DNA of 64,000 nt from Dicyema japonicum (lineage: Eukaryota > Animalia > Dicyemida): the NCBI GenBank assembly GCA_011109175.1, contig RDEW01000055.1, forward strand, positions 139,516 to 203,515, in the 5' to 3' direction. The first letter of the stretch is position 1, and every line of letters starts with the position of its first letter. A model generated the notes under the pieces. That model did not search any database and was not told where the DNA came from. It saw only the letters and a list, made by a program, of their open reading frames with translations. Both the position numbers and the translations under genes were made by a program. Positions 37,459 through 48,329 of this stretch are shown piece after piece.

Positions 37459-38512
37459 ATGAATTTTCTGTTTTATACATTATTTTGTGTTTTCATTGGT
37501 AATTTATTTTAAAACAATTTTAGTAAACAGCAAAGTAACGAGGAGATACGATATCGCCACTGTTCTTGATGGAAACTTCGTTTTTATTTAATTTTTTACA
37601 TATAGCAAAAAAGTTTCAACTACAATGAATACCAAATTCTAGTGTACATAAATAAGCTGTTCGAATTGTCACAAAAAGTATACAATTGATCAAAATTAAG
37701 TATTTTGAGGCAATCCAAATAGAATTACGACTTTCAAAGATATACTTAGCGAACGAGACTATGCCAAGTAGTCCTTACAATGCTGCAATATTCTCAATTA
37801 TTAATAATTTAAATAATGGGGTAGACGCAGTTTTATTCTTTGAGTAATTATTCAAACTAATTCTAAGAGATGTCGAAGTTAAAACAAAAAATGGGGAAAA
37901 GCCAGTTGGAGTGGCATTGTTAGGACATGTATGCACATCTACATCAGTGGGAATTGTTTTGAAAAAATACGACGTAGAACAAACATCAGAAATTATGTCT
38001 CATGAGTTATTCCATGTGCTTGGATTTAAGCATGTCAAATCGTATGAAAGTAATTGCTTTCAAAATTGTTTAATGAATCCTTATATTCATATCCATGAGT
38101 ATAAATTTTTATAATTTTGAGACATGTGTCAAAATTAACAATCGACACTGTGCCTTCCGTGGAAAGCACGTGGTGGTGCCTTGAAGTGAGTAATGAGTTT
38201 TTTTAATTTTTGTAAATGCTAATGATGATGTTTCGGATGATAATGTGCCCACCACCATTAAAAAAGTGCCGACCACCACCATTAAAAAAGTGCCGACCAC
38301 CACTAAAAAGGTGCCCAATCTGACCACCACTAAAAAGGTGACAAATGTGACCCTACTCAATAATCTGACCACCAATTATAAGGTACCAAATATGACCCTA
38401 CTTAATAATGGAACCACCTCTAATAATGAGTCAAATGGAGTTAATTTCTGGATTTACGCATTCTTTCTCTTACTGGTACAATATGTAAACCATAAATTAG
38501 GGTCTTAATTAG
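37459..38512 (+). CDS. Minimal reprolysin/M12B metalloprotease paralog 2 with PTTTIKKV-repeat stalk
   Basis: HELFHVLGFKH, NCLMNP; seven micro-introns (23-26 nt, one GT-TG); ends FWIYAFFLLL|GLN*. Confidence 0.85.
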
Positions 38513-38634
38513 ATTCTCTAACTATTACTAACTATCTAACAATAATAATCGTTAATTTCCATATAGTATTATGTACTAAACTACATCTTCAATTATTCCC
38601 TACAAGAATTTTTTGTGTTTTTATGACAACTGAA

Positions 38635-38845
38635 CATCTCACTGCGAGTGGTTTGGCTTGACGAGTGACACCGTGAACATTTCACTGCGGAACCGGGTCC
38701 TCTACAAAAGGATTCAGACCCAACAAAAAGAAAAAAAAGAAGTGAAGAACATTCCTTGGTTATCCTTAATTGATTAGTTATGATAACAGTTCTTTGCTTA
38801 AAATATAGTGTGTGTCCTGCCTGGGAAGCGTATCAAATATAGCCC
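38635..38845 (+). mobile_element. SINE family 2, 5'-truncated
   Basis: ttggcttgacgagtgacaccg...gaagtgaagaacattccttgg...gtgtgtgtcctgcct matches 59040-59205. Confidence 0.8.
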
Positions 38846-39010
38846 CTTAGGGTAAGAGTTAGGGAATAGGGCTAGGGATTAGGGTTTAAGTTTTATGTTT
38901 GAGTATGAGTTATAACTGTAGGGAACTTTTATAGTTAGTAATGGATAAGATGAAGAATAGAATAATTTTTTATATTAAAAGTTAATTTTCGCTTACTTTT
39001 TTTTAATTTT

Positions 39011-42010
39011 TATTTATTTATTTTAATAACCCCGGGAACACCGAGAAAGAAAGACAAAAGAGTCAAACAGTTAGGTGATCCCAGTCCTCGCAATCAATTG
39101 TGCCATTCGACGTCTGTGATCTTCCATCGTCCCCACTACTTTCCGGAAGAGCCTTCTCTCGGTCTTGCAGAGAAATCCGATCGGGGAGGGGAATTTCTTG
39201 TCCAATCGGTTCTCTCTTGCCATGGAAGGATCAGGCGAAGCGGATTTCCATCTTCCTCACAGACGCGAAGAAATCCGGAGCCACGACTACGGATCTTAGC
39301 TTCCATGAGTAGTGGGTCTACTGTTGATCCATTACGTGAACAAAGCATACTGATTATTTTCCGGTGTATCGAGTTGATTCTTTGGACCATAGACTCCGAT
39401 AGAGCGAATCTCCATGCAACGGAGGCATACTCAACGGCAGGCGCGATTGTTTGTTGGTAGAGGTAGAAACAGAAAAGTCCATGTTCCTCGTGGTCCTCCG
39501 GACAAGAGCGCGTAAAACGTTAACTTTCTGGAGGCCCCTTGTAATCATGTCTGTTGCGAGTTGAATTTGAGAAGGCTGTCGTACTTGACTCCAAGGACAA
39601 TGGGGGACTTGTCACTGGAATCCTAGTGGGACCAATGAAAAGACTCGGTTCATCCTTGGAACGACGGTCCGACGTGAATGTGGAACAGATAGACTTGGTT
39701 GCAGAAATCGTTAGTCGATTGCCAACAATCCAATCGTGGAGAATGTTCAATTTTGTCTGAGTTTTAAGGGATGCTTGCGTCGAGCGGTTCCGTATTGCAA
39801 TGACTACGTCGTCTGCGTAGGATAATAGCAGGGAATCTTCGTCTCCATCATTAGGTAGGTCGTGTAGGAAAGGTTGAATAGAATTGGTGAAAGTGGAGAC
39901 CCCTGGGGTACCCCGTTCGGTAGTAATCGTGATCTAGATCTGAGATCACCACTGACTACTCTTCCACGTCTTCCAGACAAAAAGTTGGCCAGCCATAATT
40001 TCACATTCGGACGAATATTAGTAGAAAATATTTTTCCAACCAAGATTTTCCTCGAAACAGTGTCAAAGGCTTTGTTGATGTCAATAGAAACCAAGATTGT
40101 GCGTTTGTGAGGCGGAGGATGGGTGTTAAAACCGTCGGCAATGAACTGCGATAAAGTTGCCAAGTATGTAGCGGTGGACCTACCGCGGAGGAAACCATGT
40201 TGAAATATAGGACGCGGAAGATACGGAATAATGACTGATAATACAAGTTTCTCCATAATTTTTGACAGTGTGCTGGTAACGGAAATAGGCCTGTAGGATG
40301 CAGGTTCTGTCTCTGGTTTCCCAGCCTTCAATATCGGTCTGATGATAGAATTCTTCCAAATCTTGGAATAATATTATAGTTAATGGACAGATTGTATATA
40401 TGCGTGAGGTAGCCAATTGCGTAGTGGCTTAGGTGTTTTAGGTGAATAGAAGATACTTTGTCAGGCCCGCACGCCCGTGAGCTCTTTAATCTGGTGATCA
40501 CATCCAAGACTTGGTCATCTGTGAATAGTTCGTGATAAGGTTCCTTCTTCGGTTTATGGGCACGCACCTTAATGTCCAGGTGTTTCGAGAATGTTTTGAA
40601 GCTAATTCCAGCGTAATGTTTCATAAGGGTGTTAGGATGTAAGTGGCATAAGTGTTCAGGAGAAGACTTTCCGGTTCCGTCTGCATCATCCAGCTCCGAC
40701 TTGACTTGTTTAAGAGTTTTCCAGAAATGTCGGGATGAACTTTACCTGTCCAGGTGGTTAACTAGATACTGCCATCTCTTGTCCTTGTGTTCTTTTATGC
40801 TCTGACAGATCTTTTATTTAGTTTTCTGAAGGCTGTCAACGACTCCAGGTCCATCAGATGGCACTTCTTCAACCGGTCTCTTTGTTTTATAAGACTTATT
40901 GTATAAGAGCTGAGGGTAGGAATAAACTTCTTGTATGACGATATAGGAATAAAAATATGGTCAGCTTTCTGAATGGCAGCGCTGATAATTTCTGCGGCCT
41001 CGTCAATAGAGCGTATTGGGAAGGATAATCTCCGGCCAAGAATTTATCCACAAGGTTACTGAAACCAGACCAGTCAACCTTCGTATAATCCTTGAATCTT
41101 CTTGATTCCGCCGGCCGTCTCCTGTATCGTCGAAGACCTCTCAATTTTAGAAGGATTGGATTGTGGTAACTGGAAGCCGTAAAAGACGTTCCAGGAAATG
41201 AGTCCAGCCAGAGAAAGTGAGCATAGTGTTAAGTCGGGGGATGTGATGCTATCAGTCATACTTAATGAAGTCCTCGTATGTGAGTTAGAGTTGTTTAGCA
41301 TAATCAGGGCAGGAAGATAATTTGCAATGAGTTCTCCTCGGTTATCAGAGAATTAGGAAGTGAGCCAAACTGATGTCGTGCATTAAGATCCCCACATAAC
41401 AGTAAATTTTTCAATGTTGAAATGCGTGATAAATCAGGGGTGTAAGATGACGTACACGATCCTTGTGTAGGAATATATAAATTAGCCAAATGGATCCAAA
41501 AGGAGGGAATAACTCGATTTTGACTGTAATCTGCTCCAAAGTCTTGTCGATGCCAAGAAGCTCTGAGGTTAGTTGAGTTGTATCCACAAAAAGAAAATCG
41601 TTCTTTATAATAGTAAGTAGTCCTCCTCCGCGTCTTCCCTGACGATCTTTACGGATCACTGTGTATCCGGGAAAAGAGGGTGTTGGTATGGAGGGAGATA
41701 GCTTGGACTCCTGTATTAAAGCGAGGTCAGCCTCATTTTCGCGGAGGAGAGCCCGGAGTTCAAAGATTTTCTTCCTGATCCCATTCGTATTCAGTTGTAT
41801 AATTGTAAAACCTCTCCATGGACCAGGATTGGTTTCGACGTCTCCACATAGAAGAATCAAAAGTCTGGACAAATGGAGACACCAGACAGGGTCGAAGACA
41901 CAGGAGATGAGAGGACCACCGGACGGTGGGGAGAAGCTGTTGGCTCTTTTCGTTCCATTTTGGAATTGGGTGACACCATTTCTGGTGAGTCACATGACAC
42001 CACGCTAACA
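39011..42010 (-). mobile_element. Vingi/ingi-like non-LTR retrotransposon copy 2, with 5' signature retained
   Basis: 2A, APE (DLALIQESKL, LCGDLNARH), RT (YRPISVTS, DINKAFD, GVPQGSPLSP); AT-rich tail at 39011-39030; about 3.0 kb. Confidence 0.85.
41819..41845 (-). other. 2A-like (StopGo) peptide motif GDVETNPGP
   Basis: LLILLCGDVETNPGPWRGFTIIQLNTNG is in frame with APE. Confidence 0.9.
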
Positions 42011-42527
42011 TCGGAATTTAGAGACTAGATTAATGAGAGATATTGAAAAAGTCATTCATAAAAACGTGTTGAGGATAATTAGTTTGGTCCCAAAGAGGAA
42101 AAAATCTGTTAAAAAAACTTAATATAGTTATATTTCATTCTGATATTTGTTTTCATTTAGTGAAATTCTGTTATATCAAATGTCCCCTTAATAACTTCTG
42201 ATTCCATATATTATTCAGAATGCACTTAGTAGGCCATCACAATGATAATTTTCCGAGCATTCATTGTGTGACAAAATAATCAAATGTCTTTTTTATCAAA
42301 ATGATTAGATCAATTAAGCCTAGTGAACAATGTACTTTGTTTATGGATTTTTATTTCACTTTTCTACAGATATACAAGTATGCAAAAAATATATAATTTG
42401 TTGATTCAATTTTTAATATTAACTTGTAAAATATCTGATCTTAGGTAGTAAGAAATTAAACAATCCACTAAATTTATAATTTTATAAGAAAATAACTAAC
42501 GATTATTATTAGATAGTAATAGAGAAT

Positions 42528-43662
42528 CTAATTAAGACCCTAATTTATGGTTTACATAAAACTACCAGGAAAAGAAGGAAGGCATAAATCAAATAATTAC
42601 CTCTATTTGACTCAATATCAGAGCTAGACGCGTTATCATCTGTGGTCACATTTGGTTCCTTAGTATTTGTGGTCACAATTGGTTCCTTATTTTCAGTTGT
42701 CCCGTTATCAACTGGGCTCACATTCGGCTTCTTATTTGTTGTGGTCCCGTTATCATCTGGGCTCACATTTGGCTTCTTATTTGTTGTGGTCCCGTTATCA
42801 TCTGGGCTCACATCCGGCTTCTTATTTTTTGTGGTCCCGTTATCATCTGGGCTCACATTCGGCTTCTTATTTTTTGTGGTCCCGTTATCATCATTATTAA
42901 AGACTAAAATTAAAAGAATTCATTACCTGGAATTTGTCCTAAACATCCCCAAAACCATTTCAGTAATTTTGAGTAATCGATTGTTAATTTTGACACATGT
43001 CTTAAAATGATGAAAATTTATACTCATGGTCATGAATATAAGGATTCATTAAACAATTTTTATTACAATCACTTTCATTCGCTTTGACGTGGTTAAATCC
43101 AAGCACATGGAATAACTCATGAGACATAATTTCTGCAGTTTTCTCTTTGTTATATCTTTTCAAAACAATTCCCACTGATTGATTTGTGCAAACTGATCCC
43201 ACCAATGCGACACCCACTGGTGTTCCACCTTTTTGAGTTTTGACAATGACATCTCTGAGAATTTGTTTATATAAATACTCAAAGAATAAAACTGCATCTG
43301 AATTATCTAACAAACGACGATTCTGTGCATATGCGGAAGCATTGTATGGATCACTTGGTGTAGTGTCGCTGGTAAAATGTATTTTTGTAAGTTTTAGTTT
43401 TACTTTGATTGCGTCAAAAAACTGAATTATGATCAAATATATACTTTTTGGGAACGTTCAAACATTTCATTAACGTACTGTCTCAATTCCTCTTTATTGT
43501 AGTTGAAACCTTTTTGCTATGTATAATAATTAAATAAAAACAAATTCGCCATCAACAACAGTGGCGATCTTGAATACTTTGAATAACTCGAAGTTATCTA
43601 AAATTGTTTCAAAATAAATTACCAATGAGACCACAAAATAATAAGTAAATCAGAAAACTCAT
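42528..43662 (-). CDS. Minimal reprolysin/M12B metalloprotease paralog 3 with 15-aa repeat stalk
   Basis: HELFHVLGFNH, NCLMNP; GT-AG micro-introns (21-26 nt); (V/F)xxDDNGTTxNKKPN repeats; hydrophobic C terminus. Confidence 0.88.
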
Positions 43663-43999
43663 TTTCCAAAAACTGCAAAAATCGTTTAAAAAATTCGTTT
43701 ATAAGCTGTAATTTTTAAGCTTATTAATCAATTATTTTTGAAGCGTGTAATATGACTCAGAAAATTAACTCAAAATTTTTGATTATTTTAAAATTATATC
43801 TTTTTGCAGATGTTTTATATTACATTAGTAAACAAAGATTATATATAATTTATATATTATGATTTTTTGATTTAGGCAATAAGTTTAATTAATCAAAAAA
43901 TTAAATTGGAAAATCATTTAACAATTACTAATCAACCATATTTAGCTCACCTCATTGAAACCAATTTTACTAAAATGTTTCATGAAATTACATTATATT

Positions 44000-44550
44000 A
44001 GTATGGAAATTATGAATATTAAAATAAATACCGGGTTTTCCGAATGAATTTTATGTGTGCCAATTTTTTCCAAAAATAAGCCCATGCCAAAAAAGCAATA
44101 AAAAAAATAATCAGCAATTCCTTTTTTATTCGATAGGCATTATCTTGTTGGCCTACATGTGTTATTCGTCTACTTGCCAGATAATGTCTTTTAAAGAAAT
44201 TGAAAATCCATTTATCAGAATATTTAAACTCAGCAATGTTTAAATCTCTTTTCAGTGAGCCTACAATTTCTCTTAAAATCACTATTGTTTTGTGATAATT
44301 TAGATTTTATCCATTCGAACAATTTTTTTTCAATTTCAGAAAAAAAAGTTTTTCTTCCAAAATTCATAATTTACTTGAAAAGCTTTGTTTTTAGGAATTT
44401 GACAAATTTTTATTATTTTTTGCCAGCTTCATAGACACTTTGTCTAGATGATTTTGCAATGTTTCCACTGCACTCTGACAATTTTTGAACGCAGGAAGTT
44501 TTTCTCTGATTGTATAAGACTTCCTTTTTTGCATTTAACAGTATGTAACT
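44000..44550 (-). mobile_element. pogo/Tigger-like transposase N-terminal fragment
   Basis: RKSYTIREKL-like start and CENP-B-type HTH: FKYSDKWIFNFFKRHYLASRRITH. Confidence 0.7.
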
Positions 44551-44819
44551 TGAAGGTTTGCTCACTATATATGTTCATGTTAAATTAATTATATTAAAAT
44601 TATGCCAAAGACTAAGGGTAACCAAACTAACTAACTCCTTGATCCTGACTCGTTACAGAACGTGTCTCCAGGAAACGACATTGTCCCCGGGGAAGGAAGA
44701 GTTGGTTTCTCTTGAGCGTCTCGTCAGCAAGGTAGATCCAATGACGCCATCGGAAGGAAGATAATTCTTGACCAACTAGCCACATAGAAAAAAAATCGAA
44801 TAGAAAAAATTAATTATAA

Positions 44820-46480
44820 TTAATTAACACTATGCAAGATGAATTCTTCTCCTCTTTGGGCATTGGCCCTTTGTATCACCCTCACTGTTCCCCTTGTAGA
44901 CCACTTGAGAAAGCAAATCCTATACAAGACAGCTGTTCCTCTTGGTTCCTCCTCGACGTCACCTCCGAGTTCAGAGCCTTTTGAGATAAGATGATTAGTC
45001 ACTCTTGTAACCTCATCATCATAGTTATCAACTTTCAGCCCATGTCTATGCTTGATTATCATGCTCTCTAAAGTTTTTTTAATCGTCATTGATTAAATGT
45101 ACGCCCTTGTAAAGACATCCACGTTGAGTCTTTCTATATAGGACTTGTAGTACTTTGTTACTACTCCATCCCATGTCAAAACAATCGGAATTATTGTCAC
45201 CTTGGCCTGTGAACATGTGCTAGTTCTCCTGCTAGAAGGTCGTATTTGTGGAGTTTTCCACTTCAACATGTTTTAGCAAATCTTGAGAAGTGATCCCTAC
45301 TTCTATTAGTATTATATTGTTTTTGGATTTAACGTGTACGAAAATATCAGGTTTGTTATTTTTAACTTGTATATCCGTTTGTAGTGTTGTATCGACTCGT
45401 ATTTCAACTTTACTGTTTGACACACTCGTATTTCAACTTTACTGTTTGACACACTCGGATTTCAACTTTACTGTTTGACACACTCGGATTTCAACTTTAC
45501 TGTTTGACACACTCGTATTTCAACTTTACTGTTGCTGAAATATAATATTTTTTTGTTAGCAGGTTTTAAGTGCACTCGTAAGTTAGAGAGTATACGCCGG
45601 ATTTCTAAATAAATAGCTTCGAATTCACGTGGTTCAATGTCGATAAACCCAATGTAATAATTAAGCAGCGAGAGTGCGTAGTCATTTATCGCTTTAAACA
45701 AGTTTACAGCGTTTAATTTCAAATTTGCCAACATCTCTATCCTTTTCTTTACATTTTCAGCAATTTTTTCCATAACTTTGTCTTTCATAACCTTACTCTT
45801 TTTATTTTCTAACACTCAAGATAGCGACATCACTCACAACCATTCAGATAAATTGATCTTTGCCACATTTCAAATTAGTTGCAGACTTTTTGCAGTTTCT
45901 TTTAAGGCCAACAACACCCAGATATTAAAATAAGAAATTGGTTAGTCGCATATGTCACAATAGACGGATCACTCTGATCAATATATATCTTCGGGAATTT
46001 TATATTTAATATTCGGCTTAGTGGGTCCATTACCAGAGTAAACAGCTAAGGAGAGAGTGAGTCTCCTTGCAAGATTCCTCTCCCGAGTTTGATCTTTCCA
46101 ATCGTTTTTTTGTTAAGGTTCAAAATGACATTCCACTTGCTTATTAGATTCTTGATAAACTTTACAATCCATTAAGGAACTCCAGAGCTATCAAGAACCC
46201 GACACAAAAATTCATGATTGACAGAATCGAAAGCTTTCTTCACATCGATCCATGTTGTGAAAAAGCTATTTCCATGTTCAGCATTAACACACTGATTTAT
46301 TAAAGCCTGCTCTTTTGCACCTTGGCACTGCCTTCTTGTTCCAAGCTGATTATCCGTGATAAGAATGAACCCTTCAATATAATCAGTAAGTTTTGTATTA
46401 ACACATTTTGTGACAAGTTTGTACAAAATAATCATGCACGTAATTGGCCGTAAGTCATTCGGAGAGCAAACTAGCCACAT
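44820..46480 (-). mobile_element. R4/R2-like RT-RLE non-LTR retrotransposon, 5'-truncated and internally deleted
   Basis: RPITCM..LYKL, GAKEQALIN, WIDVKKAFDSV; RLE NKPDI...IEVGITSQD; post-RT segment is joined to RLE across a tandem repeat. Confidence 0.85.
45395..45532. repeat. 29-bp tandem repeat, about 4.8 copies
   Basis: actcg(t/g)atttcaactttactgtttgacac repeated head to tail with no spacers. Confidence 0.9.
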
Positions 46481-46519
46481 AGTATTATTAAATAACTTAA
46501 TGAAATTAATTTATTAAAT

Positions 46520-46566
46520 TTAATCAATCAATTAGCTACGAAGCACCACATGTTGGCACGCGGCTA
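46520..46566 (-). mobile_element. SINE family 1 head fragment
   Basis: Reverse complement gccgcgtgccaacatgtggtgcttcgtagctaattg resembles the SINE1 head. Confidence 0.5.
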
Positions 46567-46658
46567 TTAATATCCAATTCAGTTGCATAATTTATAAAGA
46601 AATTAGACAAAATTATTATAATTAGTAAAATTATTAGATAATTAGTAAGAGAAGTAAT

Positions 46659-47574
46659 CTAATTAAGATCCTAAATTATATATAACTAATAGTACCAAGA
46701 AAAGAAGAAAGGTCATTGATTAGTTGGAGGGTAATAAAAAACAAATAGAAAATCCAGAAATTAACTCCATTCGACTCATTGGAGGTTGTCCCTTCATTAT
46801 CGGGATCACTATCATAAACAGCGACAAAAATTAAAAAAAGTCATTACCTGTTTCAAAGCACCACCATGTGTTTTCTAGTCTATGCCCAGTGTCGATTGTT
46901 AATTTTGATACATGTCTAAAAATTATTAAATTTATACTCATTCACATTAATACTAGGATTCATTAAACAATTTTTATTACAATTACTCTGAGTTAAGCCG
47001 ACGTGATTAAACCCAAGCACGTGGAATAACTCATGAGACATAACCTCTGAAGTCTTTTCATCGGAGAATTTTTTCATTACTATTCCCACCGCGTTTTTTG
47101 TGCAAACAGTTCCTATCAATGCGATCCCCATTATAACTCCACCAGAAGTTGATTTTAAATTACCATTTCTGAAAGTTAGTTTGAATAATTACTCAAAAAA
47201 TACAACTGCGTCAACCCCATTTAAATAGTTTTTATTATTTGCGTATGCAACTGCTTTGTAAAAATCGTTTGGGTAACATCGTTTGTGTAATAAATTTTTT
47301 TAAAATATAATTCTATTTTGAGTGTGCCAAAATACTGAAATATGAGTAATTGCATACTTTTTGAGACAACCTGAACATCTTAATTATGTAATTCTCTATA
47401 TTGGCATGATTAAAGCCGAATGTTCTTTGCTATTATAAAATATTAAATGAAACAAAGTTGTAGTCAACAACAATGCCGATATCAAATTTTTTTGTTAAGA
47501 ACCTGTTATCTAAAACTGTTTAAAAAGAAACTACCCACAAAAGCACAAAACAATGAAAAAAACAGAAAATTCAT
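46659..47574 (-). CDS. Minimal reprolysin/M12B metalloprotease paralog 4 with short stalk
   Basis: HELFHVLGFNH, NCLMNP; same intron positions as the other paralogs (one GT-TG); SNESNGVNFWIFYLFF tail. Confidence 0.8.
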
Positions 47575-48329
47575 TTATCAAAATGGCCAAAAAATCGTTT
47601 ATAAATTTGCTTATATGCTTAAGTTAATTAGTAATTATTTTTGAAGCGTGTAATATGACTATGAGTAATTTGGTTAAATTAAACTTTTTAATTGATTCTA
47701 AAGTTTTGTGCTTAATATAAGGCTTATTTTTAAGACTTTTTTTAAATTTATTATTCATAAAAAACTTGTTTATTCAACTGACACTTTGAATATCGAAAAA
47801 AAACTATTCACACTTAATAGTTTTTTATGTGTCTTTGCTTGCATATTTTTTAACTATTCATTCAATTATCATCTTGCTCTATGGACATACAAGAGGATTC
47901 GCAGGATGTAAGTTAAGTGACAGACTCTTAAAAACAGTTGCACAGTTGCTTAAACATATATCTGTGGAAATTTCTATCTATTTTCACCTGCCCCAACTAC
48001 TTTTGTGAATTTAGTCATAATAAACTCTTCTGTCATTACTTACGAAATAACATAGAATATACACCGATGCATTATTCCCCAACACCTACATGCTGTTGCA
48101 TCCATAGATAGAGGACTTATTAATGATTATGTTTGCGACTTTGGTTGTTCTGTAAAGGGTTTGAATCTTTGGAACACATTCTCTTATTTTTTATTGTTTA
48201 TTCAGTCAACAAAGTTAATTAATCAAAAAATTGAGAATATTTTACGATTACTAGTCATCCGTGTTTAATTTACTTCAATAAAAATACTTTTTATGAATTT
48301 AATGAATTCTGAAGGTTTTTCCATATTTA

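Noticed and set aside
37841-37868. In-frame TAA at the same codon (FFE*LFK) in three protease paralogs where the fourth has TAT, suggesting a reassigned stop codon
   Set aside because: The codon lies inside a 24-nt GT..AG intron with a CTAA(T/C) branch-like motif. Host genes end normally in TAG or TAA, so the standard code fits.
43002-43436. The 144-aa ORF as the complete protease
   Set aside because: It reads through a stop-free 24-nt intron and starts inside another intron; the true gene is 42528-43662.
45395-45532. 29-bp direct repeats of CRISPR-like length
   Set aside because: Head-to-tail with no spacers, inside a retrotransposon at a deletion junction, in a eukaryotic context with no cas genes.
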